Source: Thecamonas trahens ATCC 50062
Taxonomy: Eukaryota; Protista; Apusomonadida
NCBI RefSeq assembly: GCF_000142905.1
Contig: NW_013657614.1
Location: forward strand, 84,727 to 148,726
DNA length: 64,000 nt
Direction of reading: 5' to 3'
The notes under the pieces are model-generated. The model had not been told where the DNA came from. It saw only the letters and a program-made list of their open reading frames with translations, and searched no databases. Position numbers and translations under genes: made by a program. Below, piece after piece: positions 19,901 to 31,481 of the stretch. Within the stretch, counting starts at the first letter, position 1. Every line of letters starts with the position of its first letter.

Positions 19901-21128
19901 GCCGCCGAACACCGCGTGCCGTGCTCCGGGTGCGCTCCCCGGCATCGCCTTTATGGAGCGTATCGTCGACCGTGTCGCCATCGAGCTCGGCGCCGACCCG
20001 GCCACCGTCCGCACCGCCAACTTTTACGTCGCCAACGACGTGACGCCCACCGGCGCCCCGCTCAAGTACTGCTCGATCGGCTCGCTTTGGGCCAAGCTCG
20101 CGTCGTCGGCCGACGTGTCTGCGCGGCTCGCGGCCGTCACCTCGTTCAACGCCTCGTCGCGGTGGATCAAGCGCGGCCTCGCCATGACTCCGGTCCGTTA
20201 CGGCATTGGCTGGGCAGGCAACAACATGGCGACCCAGATCATGGTCAACGCAACTGACGGCTCGGTCTGGGTTCGCTCCTCGGGCATCGAGTCAGGCCAG
20301 GGCCTCAACGTCAAGGTTGCCGCAGTCGTTGCTTTGGAGCTCGGCATCCCCATGGACCTCATCAAGGTTCTCCCGGCCTCGACGTCGGGCACGCCCAACA
20401 CTGGCGTGACGGGTGGCTCGATCGGCTCGGGCGAGTGCTGCGCCGCGGCGCTTATCGCCGCAAAGGAGCTCAACGCCGCGCTCGCGCCGGTCAAGGCCAT
20501 GCTCACTAGCGCCGCCGCGGGCGCGCCGCCGGCCTGGATGGCGCTCGTCTCCAAGGCCAACGCCGCAGGCGTCAACCTCTCGGCCTACGGCTGGCTTGCC
20601 CCAAAGCCGCCGGCCGCCGGCCCGTTCCGCTACTCGTCGTACGGCGCGGCCGTCGCCGAGGTCGAGGTCAACGCGCTCACCGGCGAGACCCAGATCCTCC
20701 GCTACGACGTGCTCTTCGACTGCGGCATCTCGCTCAACCCGGCCATCGACGTCGGCCAGGTCGAGGGCGCCACCGTCATGGGCATCGGCAACTTTGTGTG
20801 CGAGGAGCTCGTGTACGACGCCACTACCGGCGCCCTCGTCACAGACTCGACCTGGACCTACAAGCCGCCGTCGTCGCGCGACATCCCCATCGACATGCGC
20901 GTCGAGCTCCTTCCCGACGCGCCCAACCCGACTGGTGTGCTCTCGTCCAAGGCCTCGGGCGAGCCGCCGCTCACCCTCACCGTCTCGGTCTTCCTCGCCC
21001 TCAAGAACGCCATCGCCGCCGCTCGCGCCGACGCCGGCACCACCGGCTTCTTCGCCATCGACCCGCCGCTCACCCCCGCCGCCATCCAGCAGGCCTGCCT
21101 CGTCTCGCTCAAAGATCTCACCTTTTAA
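16990..21128 (+). CDS. Aldehyde oxidase/xanthine dehydrogenase-family molybdo-flavoenzyme with N-terminal Zn-knuckle and WW domain (1-nt frameshift ~18626)
   Basis: 2Fe-2S motifs CTQGGCGAC and GSQCGAC..GNICRCTGY; FAD domain VAGNT, VRNVAS; Moco domain LQASGEAVY, GIESGQG, GQVEGA, SKASGEPP. ORF 16990 joins ORF 18957 via the frame NTEAFLAGK. Confidence 0.85.
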
Positions 21129-21294
21129 CCACATGCCACCCAGCATGCTTGTTGACGAGCTTCAACAAGAGATTAAGACAAACAACATCGCACAGGTATT
21201 CTGCTGCGTGTTGGTGGCTCTGTCCGAGCCTGGCACTCGGCGAGTCAGCCAGTCGGCCCGAGCGACACCCGTCTCTTCCCCCCCACCACCCAGC

Positions 21295-24200
21295 ATGAAG
21301 AAGCGGTCGCGCGAGTCACCGCCTCCGTTTGCTGTGGACGACGCGTACCTAGAGGATGTGGAGATGGACCCGGAGCTTGAGCGAAAGCGGCCAAAGAAGT
21401 TTGGCGAGCGGACAGGCTCGTCTGCCTCGACTGCATCCTCGCTTACCCAGGGCTCGTTTACGGTGCCCATGGAGGTGCCCGGTGCCTCGTTGTCGGCCGC
21501 TGGCGACGGCGTCGACTTTACCTCCCAGGACACCATTCTCAAGTACAAGCGCAAGTGGCGCCGCGCTCCTACCGAGCAGCCGGACCCTTCCAATGACACC
21601 TTTGGTATGTGGGTGGGCGGATGGCGGGGATGGAGAGGGGGTGGGTGGAGGGGGGGGAGGGGGGGGAGGAAGGTGGCGATGGGGACATCGTGCTTGATTC
21701 TACGGTGGGCCTATCCACGACCTTTTTCGGGCGATTAGGGAGCACTCACACGCATTGAGCTGTTGGTGGGGGGGGGGGGCCCTNNNNNNNNNNNNNNNNN
21801 NNNNNNNNNNNNNNNNNNNNNNNNNNNNNNNNNNNNNNNNNNNNNNNNNNNNNNNNNNNNNNNNNNNNNNNNNNNNNNNNNNNGTGGGGGGGGGGGGGGG
21901 GGGGGGGAGTGGGGCGACCGATGGGGCTGTTGCTGGTGGGGCTGGACAGTGTTCCAGCAAATGGAGTGTGACTCGTACATGGGAAAGCCTGTGGCAGGCA
22001 TGCCTGGAGCGCCCGAGGGGCCGGTGCCTGTGATGCGGTTGTACGGACTGACCGAGTCCGGAGCGTCTGTGGTGGCCCATGTCCACGGCTTTCATCCGTA
22101 TCTGTTCATTCCGGCGCCGCCTGGCTTCTCACCCGACGATTGCGCCACGTTCCGTGTGGCGCTCAACTCCAAGGTCCAGTCGCAGATTCGCGGGCAGTCG
22201 CAGATTGCGCCTGTGTACGTGCTCGAGGTGGAGATTGTGCAGCGCGAGTCGATCTACGGGTACCACGGCGGGCGCAAGGCACCTTTTCTCCTCATCCGGG
22301 TCGCACACCACTCGCACATCGGCATTGCGCGGCGCGTGCTGGAGAACGGGTTCGACTACGGGGTGGGGGGTGAGCGGGCATACTCGACGTACGAGTCGAA
22401 CATCTCGTACGAGCTGCGGTTCATGATCGACACGTCGATTGTGGGATGCAACTGGATTGAGCTGCCTGCAGGCATGTACAGCGTGCGCGAGGCGTCGGAG
22501 AAGACTTCGCTGTGCCAGATCGAGGTCGACGTGGCGTGGGACCTGCTGACAAGCCATGCGCCCGAGGACGACTGGCTCAAGGTGGCGCCGTTCCGGGTCC
22601 TCTCGTTTGACATTGAGTGCATGGGGCGGAAGGGCGTGTTCCCGGAACCGGAGCACGACGCTGTAATCCAGATTGCGTCTGTCATTTCTGTCAACGGGCG
22701 CGAGAAGCCGCTCATCCGCAACGTGATGACGCTCGACACGTGCGCGCCGATTGCCGGGGCGCAGGTGATGTCGTTCCGGACGGAGCGCGAGCTGCTCGAG
22801 GCGTGGCGTGAGTTTGTGGTCGAGACGGACCCGGACATTCTCACCGGGTACAACATTGTCAACTTTGACCTCCCGTATTTGCTGGAGCGCGCGGCAGCGC
22901 TGGGGCTGGAATCGTTCCCGTGGCTGGGCCGGGTGCGTGGTGAGCGGACGACGATGAAGACGACAACGTTTTCGTCCAAGGCGTATGGGACGCGCGAGAA
23001 CAAGGACATCCGGATCCACGGGCGGGTCCAGTTTGACATGCTTGTGTGCATCCGGCGCGACTACAACTTGCGGTCTTACTCGCTCAACGCAGTCTCGTCG
23101 CACTTTCTGGGCGAGCAGAAGGAGGACGTGCACTACTCGGCGATTTCGGAGCTGCAGCGCGGGTCTGCCGAGAACCGGCACCGGCTGGCGGTGTACTGCC
23201 TCAAGGACGCGATTCTGCCGTACCGGCTCCTGCTCAAACTCCTCTCGTTGGTCAACTACATCGAGATGGCGCGTGTGACGGGCGTGCCGCTCTCGTGGCT
23301 CCTCACGCGCGGTCAGCAGATCAAGGTTGTCTCGCAGCTCTACCGCAAGGCGCTCACCATGGACTACCTCATTCCGGCGATGCGGGTGGACCCGTCTGCG
23401 GAGATGTACGAGGGCGCGACAGTGCTCGACCCGATCCGCGGCTTTTACAACGAGCCCATCACGACGCTCGACTTTTCGTCACTGTACCCGTCAATTATGA
23501 TGGCCCACAACCTGTGCTACTCGACGCTGCTCTCCAAGTCGAACGCAGCCAAGCTCTCGCCGGACGAGTACATCAAGACGCCGACCGACGCGCTGTTTGT
23601 CAAGGCTTCGGTCCGCAAGGGCGTGCTCCCGATCATTCTCCGCGAGCTGCTCGACGCGCGTAAGCGGGCCAAGAAGGCGATGAAGGCTGAGACCGACCCG
23701 TTCCGCAAGGGCGTGCTCAACGGGCGCCAGCTGGCGCTCAAGGTCTCGGCCAACTCGGTCTACGGCTTTACCGGCGCCACGGTGGGCAAGCTGCCGTGCC
23801 TCGAGATCTCCAGCTCGGTGACGGCCTTTGGCCGGCGGATGATCGACGAGACGAAGAGCCTGGTGGAGGCCAAGTACAACAAGGCCAACGGATATGCCAG
23901 TGACGCGGTGGTGGTGTACGGTGATACCGACTCGGTCATGGTCAAGTTTGGCCTGCCCGGCATTGCCGAGTCGATCGAGCTTGGCGAGGAGGCTGCGGCG
24001 TACGTGACCGAGCACTTTGTGAGCCCGATCGCGCTCGAGTTTGAGTACGTGGGCGACCCGTTTTTGCTCCTTGCGAAGAAGCGGTACGCAGCGGTGAAGC
24101 ACACGTCGGCGGACGGCGAGGGCAAGATGTACGCGCGTGGTATCGAGACGGTCCGGCGTGACTCGGCGCGGATTGTGGGTGACGTCGTCGGCGTTGTCCT

Positions 24201-24969
24201 CAAGCGCATCCTCCTCGAACGAAACGTCGATGGGGCAGTCAAGTACGTGCAGGACAAGATCGGGCGGCTGCTGCGGAACGAGATCGACATCTCGCAGCTT
24301 GTCATTTCCAAGTCGCTCTCCAAGTCGGAAGATGAGTACGACAACAAGATGCCGCACGTCGAGCTGGTGAAGCGCATGCGCAAGCGCGACGCCGGCTCGG
24401 CGCCGGTCATGGGCGACCGTGTCCCGTACGTCATCGTCAAGGGCGCGACAAACGCCAAGACGTACGAAAAGGCCGAGGACCCGCTGTACGTGCTTGAGCA
24501 TTCGATCCCCATCGACACCGAGTACTACATCGAGAACCAGCTCAAGAAGCCGCTGCTCCGCGTCATGGGGCCCATCCTCCCCTCGACCGACATCCTCTTC
24601 CACGGTGAGCACACCCGGACCATCAAGGTCTCGGCGCCGTCAACCGGTGGCCTCATGGCCTTTACCGTCCGCTCGGAGCGTTGCATCGAGTGCAAGGCAG
24701 CGCTTCCGGCGTCGACCACCCGTCCGGTCTGCGCCCACTGCGCCGCCAACACCGCCGCCATCTACGGCGCTCAGCTCGCCCGCATGCGTGAGCTCGAGCT
24801 CCACTTTTCGCGCCTCTGGTCGCAGTGCCAGTCGTGCATGGGCTCGCTCCACGATGAGGTCATCTGCTCCAACTCGGACTGTGCGCAGTACTACATGCGC
24901 GCCAAGGCCAAGAAGGATCTTGCCGCCGCCGCCAAGGTCGTTGACAAACTTAAGGCGTACGATTGGTAG
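21295..24969 (+). CDS. POLD1: DNA polymerase delta catalytic subunit (exons 21295-21604 and 21950-24969)
   Basis: LSFDIEC, GYNIVNFD, DFSSLYPS, KVSANSVYG, YGDTDS and C-terminal CysA/CysB. GTATGT...ACAG splicing gives in-frame DTF-VFQQME. Confidence 0.95.
21605..21949 (+). other. G-rich spliceosomal intron of POLD1
   Basis: GTATGT donor, GGACAG acceptor, poly-G tracts and an internal gap; splicing restores the frame. Confidence 0.85.
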
Positions 24970-25756
24970 CAGAGCAGAGGGGAGCAGGTGATTAAAGTAG
25001 GCCACGATCGATGTGTGTTGTGAGGGGGGGGGGGGNNNNNNNNNNNNNNNNNNNNNNNNNNNNNNNNNNNNNNNNNNNNNNNNNNNNNNNNNNNNNNNNN
25101 NNNNNNNNNNNNNNNNNNNNNNNNNNNNNNNNNNNNNNNNNNNNNNNNNNNNNNNNNNNNNNNNNNNNNNNNNNNNNNNNNNNNNNNNNNNNTTCAGAGT
25201 TATTTCTTCACACTCTATCACTATAATGTTTTTGTATCGGGGGGATACTCCCAATGGGGAGGGCTCGGAGACCGAAGGGGGGCGAGGGTCTCGGCAAATT
25301 TTCTAGCCCCAGTTTTTTTGTCCTTCCTCAAACACACCCCCCGCCGGGGGGGGTGGGGGAGGGGGAGGGTGGCGGAGGGGGCTGAGTGTATGGACTCACT
25401 ATGATACGGGCATGGGCATGGAAATGGGCATGGGCATTGGTATGGGTGCTGGTATGGGCGTGGATGCTGGTGCGGTGTCTGTATGTATGTATGTCTGGCT
25501 GTCTGGCTGTCTGTATGTTTGTCTGTGTGGGTATGGTCATGGTCGTGGCAATGGCCATGCTACTGGCGCTACTCCCCCGCTGCTGCTTGGTCATCGTGTT
25601 GCTGCGGCGTCTCCTGTGTCCTCCGTCATGGCCGCTACTCTTCCGCAATCGACCACCGATACCGGGTTCGACTGGTGCTGATGCATGCATGCTGTGGGCT
25701 GTCGGCTGTCGGCTGGGGATGCGCTGGGGGTGTGCGCGGGGAGGCGAGGACCGCAG

Positions 25757-26119
25757 ATGAACGAGGCAGAGTTTGCAGACATCGTCAACACGATCAACAT
25801 GTACTTTGCTCAGGCTGAAGAGCTGTCGCTGGCCCTCGTTGCTGAGGGCTGCTGCTCCTTCCTCACCCTCTTCACCCTCAACTGTTGTATGCCCACAAGG
25901 TATGAACGCCGCATGAACGAGCTTCAGGAGTACCTCGACGACATCAACGGCAACCAGTTCCGCTCCAGAGGCATCTTCTGGTCGCATCCGCGCTCCGCCG
26001 CCTACCGCCACGTTGTCGTCACTGTCGACTCGCTGCGGGACGCCCCGTCGTCGACACGCACCTCGCGCCGCAGAGCCGGAGACGACGAAGGCCTCTCGTC
26101 GGACGAGACCCGCGCTTGA
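25757..26119 (+). CDS. GOLGA7: Golgin A7/Erf4-family palmitoyltransferase cofactor (probably the last exon)
   Basis: EF..IVNTIN.YF..AE...EGC....TL...C..T.YE...L......N.....G....P pattern. Preceded by a CCGCAG acceptor; the upstream exon is unresolved. Confidence 0.7.
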   Translation: MNEAEFADIVNTINMYFAQAEELSLALVAEGCCSFLTLFTLNCCMPTRYERRMNELQEYLDDINGNQFRSRGIFWSHPRSAAYRHVVVTVDSLRDAPSSTRTSRRRAGDDEGLSSDETRA

Positions 26120-26204
26120 GCGCACACAGTAACACTCTAGTCACCATCTGCCGTGCGCAGGCACGTAGCGGCGGCCGCTTTACCGCGTCCACAGCGGCGT
26201 GGCA

Positions 26205-26984
26205 TCATGTATCCGAGCCGTGAGAGGAGAGCGAGAACGAGCGTGCGGCCTCAAGCCCGACATAGGCGGCGAGCTCGGACGGTGTGACGGCAGTGGCATC
26301 ATCGTACAGCGGCTCACCGCGGTTGATCGACTGGGCGTGGCGGTGCGCATTGACGCAGCAGAAGGAGATGACCTTGGGGTGGGCCCCGTAGACTGGGTGC
26401 AGGATGACGTACTTGAGGTAGGCCTCGAGGGCGGCTTGGCGCTCGCGGACGAGGCTCGGCGCCATCTTGCCAAACATCTTGGACGGCGGAAAGGCGTTGA
26501 GGAACGGGTTAGTGGCCGTCTTGTTGTATGCTGCTGTCAGCGCGGTGTTGAGCGCCTTGAACTCGGAGAACCGGCGGCGGACGCCGTAGGCAATCGCGCC
26601 CGGTCCGTTCAGCCGCACCACCACGTTGTACAGGGTGTGGTTGCTGGCGTCGACAGTCGTCGGGATGGAGACGACCGCAATCGGCGGATCGCAGTCCGGC
26701 ACGTCGAAGAAGGAAAGCACCTCGTCCGTCGCCGCTAGCCCAGGCGCCGCCATCATCAGCTGCACATACCGTGCCAGCGCCCGTGCCCGCACGCCGACCT
26801 TGGGCGACAGCGCCTTGGGTGGAAGCATTTGCAGCAAGTCACCCGTCCCGCCCTCACTGTCGAGGCCGCCGACAGTCACCGCGCCGTACTTGGCCTTGAG
26901 CTCCTCATTAAGCGCGTAGAACGCCGAGTACCTCCGCTCGCAGATCCACACCTCGGTCCCGAAACGGACGCGAATGAGGTAGAT
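26205..26984 (-). CDS. Tandem PX-domain protein (last exon; 5' exon likely in gap 27049-27454)
   Basis: Two PX signatures: RRYSAF..L...LPPK...R..AL..Y and RRFSEF..L...FPPSK...ER..LE.YL. CAG acceptor at 26985-26987. Confidence 0.8.
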   Translation of the reverse strand: MYLIRVRFGTEVWICERRYSAFYALNEELKAKYGAVTVGGLDSEGGTGDLLQMLPPKALSPKVGVRARALARYVQLMMAAPGLAATDEVLSFFDVPDCDPPIAVVSIPTTVDASNHTLYNVVVRLNGPGAIAYGVRRRFSEFKALNTALTAAYNKTATNPFLNAFPPSKMFGKMAPSLVRERQAALEAYLKYVILHPVYGAHPKVISFCCVNAHRHAQSINRGEPLYDDATAVTPSELAAYVGLEAARSFSLSSHGSDT

Positions 26985-27572
26985 CTGTCGCCGTGTCCGT
27001 GCCGATGCCGATGCCCCGTGTCCCCGTCCAGCCCATCGCCCCCCCCCCNNNNNNNNNNNNNNNNNNNNNNNNNNNNNNNNNNNNNNNNNNNNNNNNNNNN
27101 NNNNNNNNNNNNNNNNNNNNNNNNNNNNNNNNNNNNNNNNNNNNNNNNNNNNNNNNNNNNNNNNNNNNNNNNNNNNNNNNNNNNNNNNNNNNNNNNNNNN
27201 NNNNNNNNNNNNNNNNNNNNNNNNNNNNNNNNNNNNNNNNNNNNNNNNNNNNNNNNNNNNNNNNNNNNNNNNNNNNNNNNNNNNNNNNNNNNNNNNNNNN
27301 NNNNNNNNNNNNNNNNNNNNNNNNNNNNNNNNNNNNNNNNNNNNNNNNNNNNNNNNNNNNNNNNNNNNNNNNNNNNNNNNNNNNNNNNNNNNNNNNNNNN
27401 NNNNNNNNNNNNNNNNNNNNNNNNNNNNNNNNNNNNNNNNNNNNNNNNNNNNNNTAAAACGGGGGGAGGGGGGAGGGGGACGATTGTTGTCTGTCGGTGT
27501 GTATGTGGTTTGTGTTACACTCACAGTGTCGTGTATGTATATGCGGTCGTGGTCGGGGGGCGATGCTTGTAG

Positions 27573-30500
27573 GTGCGCGTGTCATCTCCGGCGCCGGAGA
27601 CTACTCTGCTGGATCACTTGCGGGACATTGAGGGCCTGACCGGGACCAAAGCGTCGTGTCGCGAGGGCGGGTGCGGAGCGTGCGCGGTGCAAGTTGTCCG
27701 TGCTGGCGGCGGGCCTGGGACCGGCTCGATCAACGCCTGCCTCTGCCCGCTGGCCTCGCTCGAGGGCGCCAGCGTGACGACGGTCGAGGGCGTGGGTTCG
27801 TCCAAGACTGGACTCCATCCGATCCAAGAGCGGTTGGCGGCCGCCAACGGCTCGCAGTGCGGCTTCTGCACGCCCGGCATGGTCATGGCTGCGTACTCGC
27901 TCGTCCAGTCGCTCGACGGGCCGCCGACGCACGCCGATATCGAGCACGCACTCGACGGCAACCTCTGCCGGTGCACCGGCTACCGCGCCATTCTCTCGGC
28001 CTTTGGCACGCTTGCCGACGGCAACGAGCCGGTTGACCGCGTCGATCAGCTCGCGCCGAGTGATGGCGACACTGCCGGCCCGCAGCACTTTGTGGCGCCT
28101 GCCGGGAGCTCGTGGTACGCACCGACACTGCTGAGCGAGCTGACGGCGGTCGTCGCCGGCCTGCCCTCGCTCGACGGCGTGCGGTTTGTGGGCGGCAACA
28201 CGTCGCGCGGCGTGTACCACGACATCGACGATGCCTCGGTGGTCTACATCTATCTTCGCCGCATCGCCGACCTGAGCGCGGTGGGCGGGAGCGACGCCGG
28301 CCTCGAGCTCGGAGGCGGCACGACGATTGCCCAGCTCATCTCGGCGCTCGACGCGGCGTCGACGCGGTCGCCAACCTCGTTCCCCGCCGCGGTCGAGCAT
28401 CTCCGCAACATCGCGTCGACCCACGTCCGCAACGCCGCAGGCTGGGCCGGAAACCTGGTTATGGTCCGCGACCGCGGCTTTGCCTCGGACGCTGCTACCG
28501 TGCTTGCCGGCCTCGGCGCCGAGCTCGAGCTGTACAACGCTGCGACCGGGGCGACGTCGAAGAGCTCGGTCCTGGACTTTGTTTCGGCTCCGCCGCCAGC
28601 CGGCGAGCTTGTCCTTGTCACCAAGCTCATCATCCCGTTTGCGTCCAAGTCCGAGTCGTTCCACTCGTACCGGACCGCCATCCGGCCGGTCAACTCGCAC
28701 GCCCTCGCCAACGCCGCCTTTTACGCCAAGACTAGCGCCGACGGCACTGTGGAGGCGGCGCGGTTGGTCTTTGGCGCCGTCGGCCCAGCACCGGCTGCAC
28801 CGGCTGCCGCGGTCGATGCGCTTGTCGGCCACCGATTTGACCAAGGCACACTCGCCGCGGTGATGGCGGCGGTTGAGGCCACGATCGAGGTCGAGCCTGA
28901 GCATGCGTACGTGACCGTCGACCAGCCCGACGGCAAGGTCGCGTACCGCAAGGCGCTCCTCGGATCGTTTGTGTACAAGTGGTTTGTCGCCAAGGCAACC
29001 GGCGTCGAGCAGCCGCCGCTCCACCGGATCCGCCCGGCGCCGTCGGGCACGCCCGACTACGAGACAGACGGTGCCCACTTGGCGTGTACAAAGCTCTCGG
29101 CGCCGCTGCAGGCAACCGGCGAGGCCGTGTATACCGGCGATCTGCCAGCAGGCAAGCGCGACCTCTACGGCGCCTTTGTCATTTCAACCCGCGGCGCGGT
29201 CATGCTCGAGGCCGTCGACGTGGAAGCCGGGCTCAAACTGCCCGGCGTCGTCGATGTCATTGTTGCCGCAGACATTCCGGGTGTCAACGACATCGGAACG
29301 GTGCCTGGCGAGGACTTGGTGCTCTACGGCGAGCAAGTTCCGTTTGTGGGCGCGCCGGTAGCGTTTGTGGTGGCTGAGACGCAGGCTGCCGCCGACGCCG
29401 CCGCGCGCAGGATCCCGGTCTCGTACGGTAGCGCGTATGAGCCGACATGCCTCACGGTCGAGGCCGCCATGGAGGCTGGTCGGTTCTTGCCGGGGACTGA
29501 CGGTGAGATCTCGCGCGGCGATGCGGCGAGCGCGCTCGAGTCTGCGCCACGCAAGCTCTCCGGCCGGCTTTACGCCGGCTCGCAGATACACTTTTACATG
29601 GAGAAGCAGACAGCAGCGGCACTGGTCGATGAGGGCGACCGGATCAAGCTCGTTGCGTCGACGCAGGGCATCGACTACTTGCGGACGCGGGTGGCCGGCG
29701 TCCTTGGTGTCTCGCCGGAACAGATCGAAGCGACGTGCCGGCGGTGCGGTGGCGCGTTTGGCGGCAAGGCCACGCGGCCGATTGGGGTCACGTCAGCGGT
29801 GGCGGTGGCCGCGACCAAGCTCGGGCGCAACGTCCGGTGCACGCTGCCCATTACGACGGACCAGGCCATGGTCGGCGGACGGTCGCGGTACGTGGCTGAC
29901 TACACGGTCGGGTTTGATGACGATGGCACCATTGTCGGGCTCACTATCGACGGCGTCGGAGACTCGGGCTGCGCCTACGACTTTATCACCTTTATGACGC
30001 ACGAGTACGTCGAAGCCCTCGATGACGTGTATTTTATTCCGCACGCCAAGTTTACGGTCAAGGCCGTGAACACGCACACGGCTGCGACAACGCCTGTCCG
30101 TGGGCCGGCGCATCCGCAGGCAACCTTTGCCATCGAGTCTGTGCTTGACATTGTGGCGGCGGAGACCGGACTCTCGCCGGACGTCGTTCGCATGCGCAAC
30201 ATGTACACCGCGCAGAACGCCATTGCCATGAACGGCATGTTCATGCGCGGCATGAACGTGGACGAGATGGTGGCCAAGGTCAAGGCTGACGCTGGGTACG
30301 ACGCGCTCGTGGCCGAGGTGGAGGCGTACAACGCACAGTCCAAGTGGCGCAAGCGCGGCATCTCGGTCCAGGGCACGAAGTACGGGGTGGCGCAGATGGC
30401 GGCATCGGGCGCGTCGGCGCTGGTCAACGTCTCGGGCACTGCGACGGTGACGGTCTACCACGCCGGCGCCGAGATCGGGCAGGGTATCAACACCAAGGTG

Positions 30501-31343
30501 GCGCAGGTGGTGGCCAAGACGCTCGGCTGCCCGCTGGCAGTGATCAAGGTCTGTGACTCGTCGACCGACGCGCTGCCCAACATGATTGTCACCGGCGGCT
30601 CGGTGGCGTCGGAGGCGTGTTGCGAGGCGGCCCGACAGGCGTGCCTCGACATCATCGAGCGGACTGCCCATATCAAGGCCGAGTTGTGGCGCAAGGCCGA
30701 GGACGGGGCCGAACCAGGCTTTGCCGACATCATTCCCGTGGCCAAGGCCCAGCACGTCTTGCTCTCGGCGTCGGCCAACTTTGTGCCACGCGGGCGACGC
30801 GACCGCGGCCCGCGGGGGCGTCCGTGGAATACCGACGGGGTGCAGTACTTTGCCTTTGGCGCCGCGCTCTCGCTCGTTGAGGTCGACATCCTCACCGGCG
30901 AGGTCACCATTCTCCGCTCCGATGTGGCCTACGACTGCGGTAACTCCCTCAACCCGCTCATCGACATCGGCCAGGCTGAAGGCGCGTTTGTCATGGGCCT
31001 CGGCTCGTACTTTACCGAGGACCGGCTGGTGACGCCGTCGGGCGGCAACGCAGCCGACGGCACCTGGGAGTACAAAGTCCCATCGGTCATGGACGCGCCG
31101 GCCCAGTTCAACGTTTCGATCCTCAAGGGCTCTGACTTTGCCTACAACGACGCCGGTGGTGTCAAGGCCGTCGGCGAGCCGCCCATCTCGCTCGCCATGA
31201 CGGCCCTCTCGGCCGCCCGCTACGCCGTCGAAGCCTCGCGCGTCGAGCGCGGTCTCCCGCGCGGCTTTGACCTCGCCATGCCGTTCACCGTCGACCGCGT
31301 CCGCACCGCTGCCGCCGTCACTAACAATGATCTCCAGCTGTGA
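27573..31343 (+). CDS. Second aldehyde oxidase/xanthine dehydrogenase-family enzyme (5' exon missing)
   Basis: TKASCREGGCGAC, GSQCGFCTPG, GNLCRCTGY, VGGNT, LQATGEAVY, HFYMEKQ, GGAFGGK, EIGQG, GQAEGAF, KAVGEPP. The ORF begins right after a TTGTAG acceptor. Confidence 0.9.
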   Translation: MRVSSPAPETTLLDHLRDIEGLTGTKASCREGGCGACAVQVVRAGGGPGTGSINACLCPLASLEGASVTTVEGVGSSKTGLHPIQERLAAANGSQCGFCTPGMVMAAYSLVQSLDGPPTHADIEHALDGNLCRCTGYRAILSAFGTLADGNEPVDRVDQLAPSDGDTAGPQHFVAPAGSSWYAPTLLSELTAVVAGLPSLDGVRFVGGNTSRGVYHDIDDASVVYIYLRRIADLSAVGGSDAGLELGGGTTIAQLISALDAASTRSPTSFPAAVEHLRNIASTHVRNAAGWAGNLVMVRDRGFASDAATVLAGLGAELELYNAATGATSKSSVLDFVSAPPPAGELVLVTKLIIPFASKSESFHSYRTAIRPVNSHALANAAFYAKTSADGTVEAARLVFGAVGPAPAAPAAAVDALVGHRFDQGTLAAVMAAVEATIEVEPEHAYVTVDQPDGKVAYRKALLGSFVYKWFVAKATGVEQPPLHRIRPAPSGTPDYETDGAHLACTKLSAPLQATGEAVYTGDLPAGKRDLYGAFVISTRGAVMLEAVDVEAGLKLPGVVDVIVAADIPGVNDIGTVPGEDLVLYGEQVPFVGAPVAFVVAETQAAADAAARRIPVSYGSAYEPTCLTVEAAMEAGRFLPGTDGEISRGDAASALESAPRKLSGRLYAGSQIHFYMEKQTAAALVDEGDRIKLVASTQGIDYLRTRVAGVLGVSPEQIEATCRRCGGAFGGKATRPIGVTSAVAVAATKLGRNVRCTLPITTDQAMVGGRSRYVADYTVGFDDDGTIVGLTIDGVGDSGCAYDFITFMTHEYVEALDDVYFIPHAKFTVKAVNTHTAATTPVRGPAHPQATFAIESVLDIVAAETGLSPDVVRMRNMYTAQNAIAMNGMFMRGMNVDEMVAKVKADAGYDALVAEVEAYNAQSKWRKRGISVQGTKYGVAQMAASGASALVNVSGTATVTVYHAGAEIGQGINTKVAQVVAKTLGCPLAVIKVCDSSTDALPNMIVTGGSVASEACCEAARQACLDIIERTAHIKAELWRKAEDGAEPGFADIIPVAKAQHVLLSASANFVPRGRRDRGPRGRPWNTDGVQYFAFGAALSLVEVDILTGEVTILRSDVAYDCGNSLNPLIDIGQAEGAFVMGLGSYFTEDRLVTPSGGNAADGTWEYKVPSVMDAPAQFNVSILKGSDFAYNDAGGVKAVGEPPISLAMTALSAARYAVEASRVERGLPRGFDLAMPFTVDRVRTAAAVTNNDLQL

Positions 31344-31481
31344 TCAGATCTTGTTTTGCATAACAACATTCGCATGTCCAGCAGGAGAGGGAGGGGGGGG
31401 AGAGGGTTGGACGGCGGGCGGCAGGCGGCGGTGGTCGGCGGCACTCAACGCGGACAACACAGAGACGGCGACTCGAGGCGG

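Noticed and set aside
25386-25756. Hydrophobic ORFs upstream of GOLGA7
   Set aside because: They derive from ATGGGC/TGTC simple repeats and are most likely intronic.
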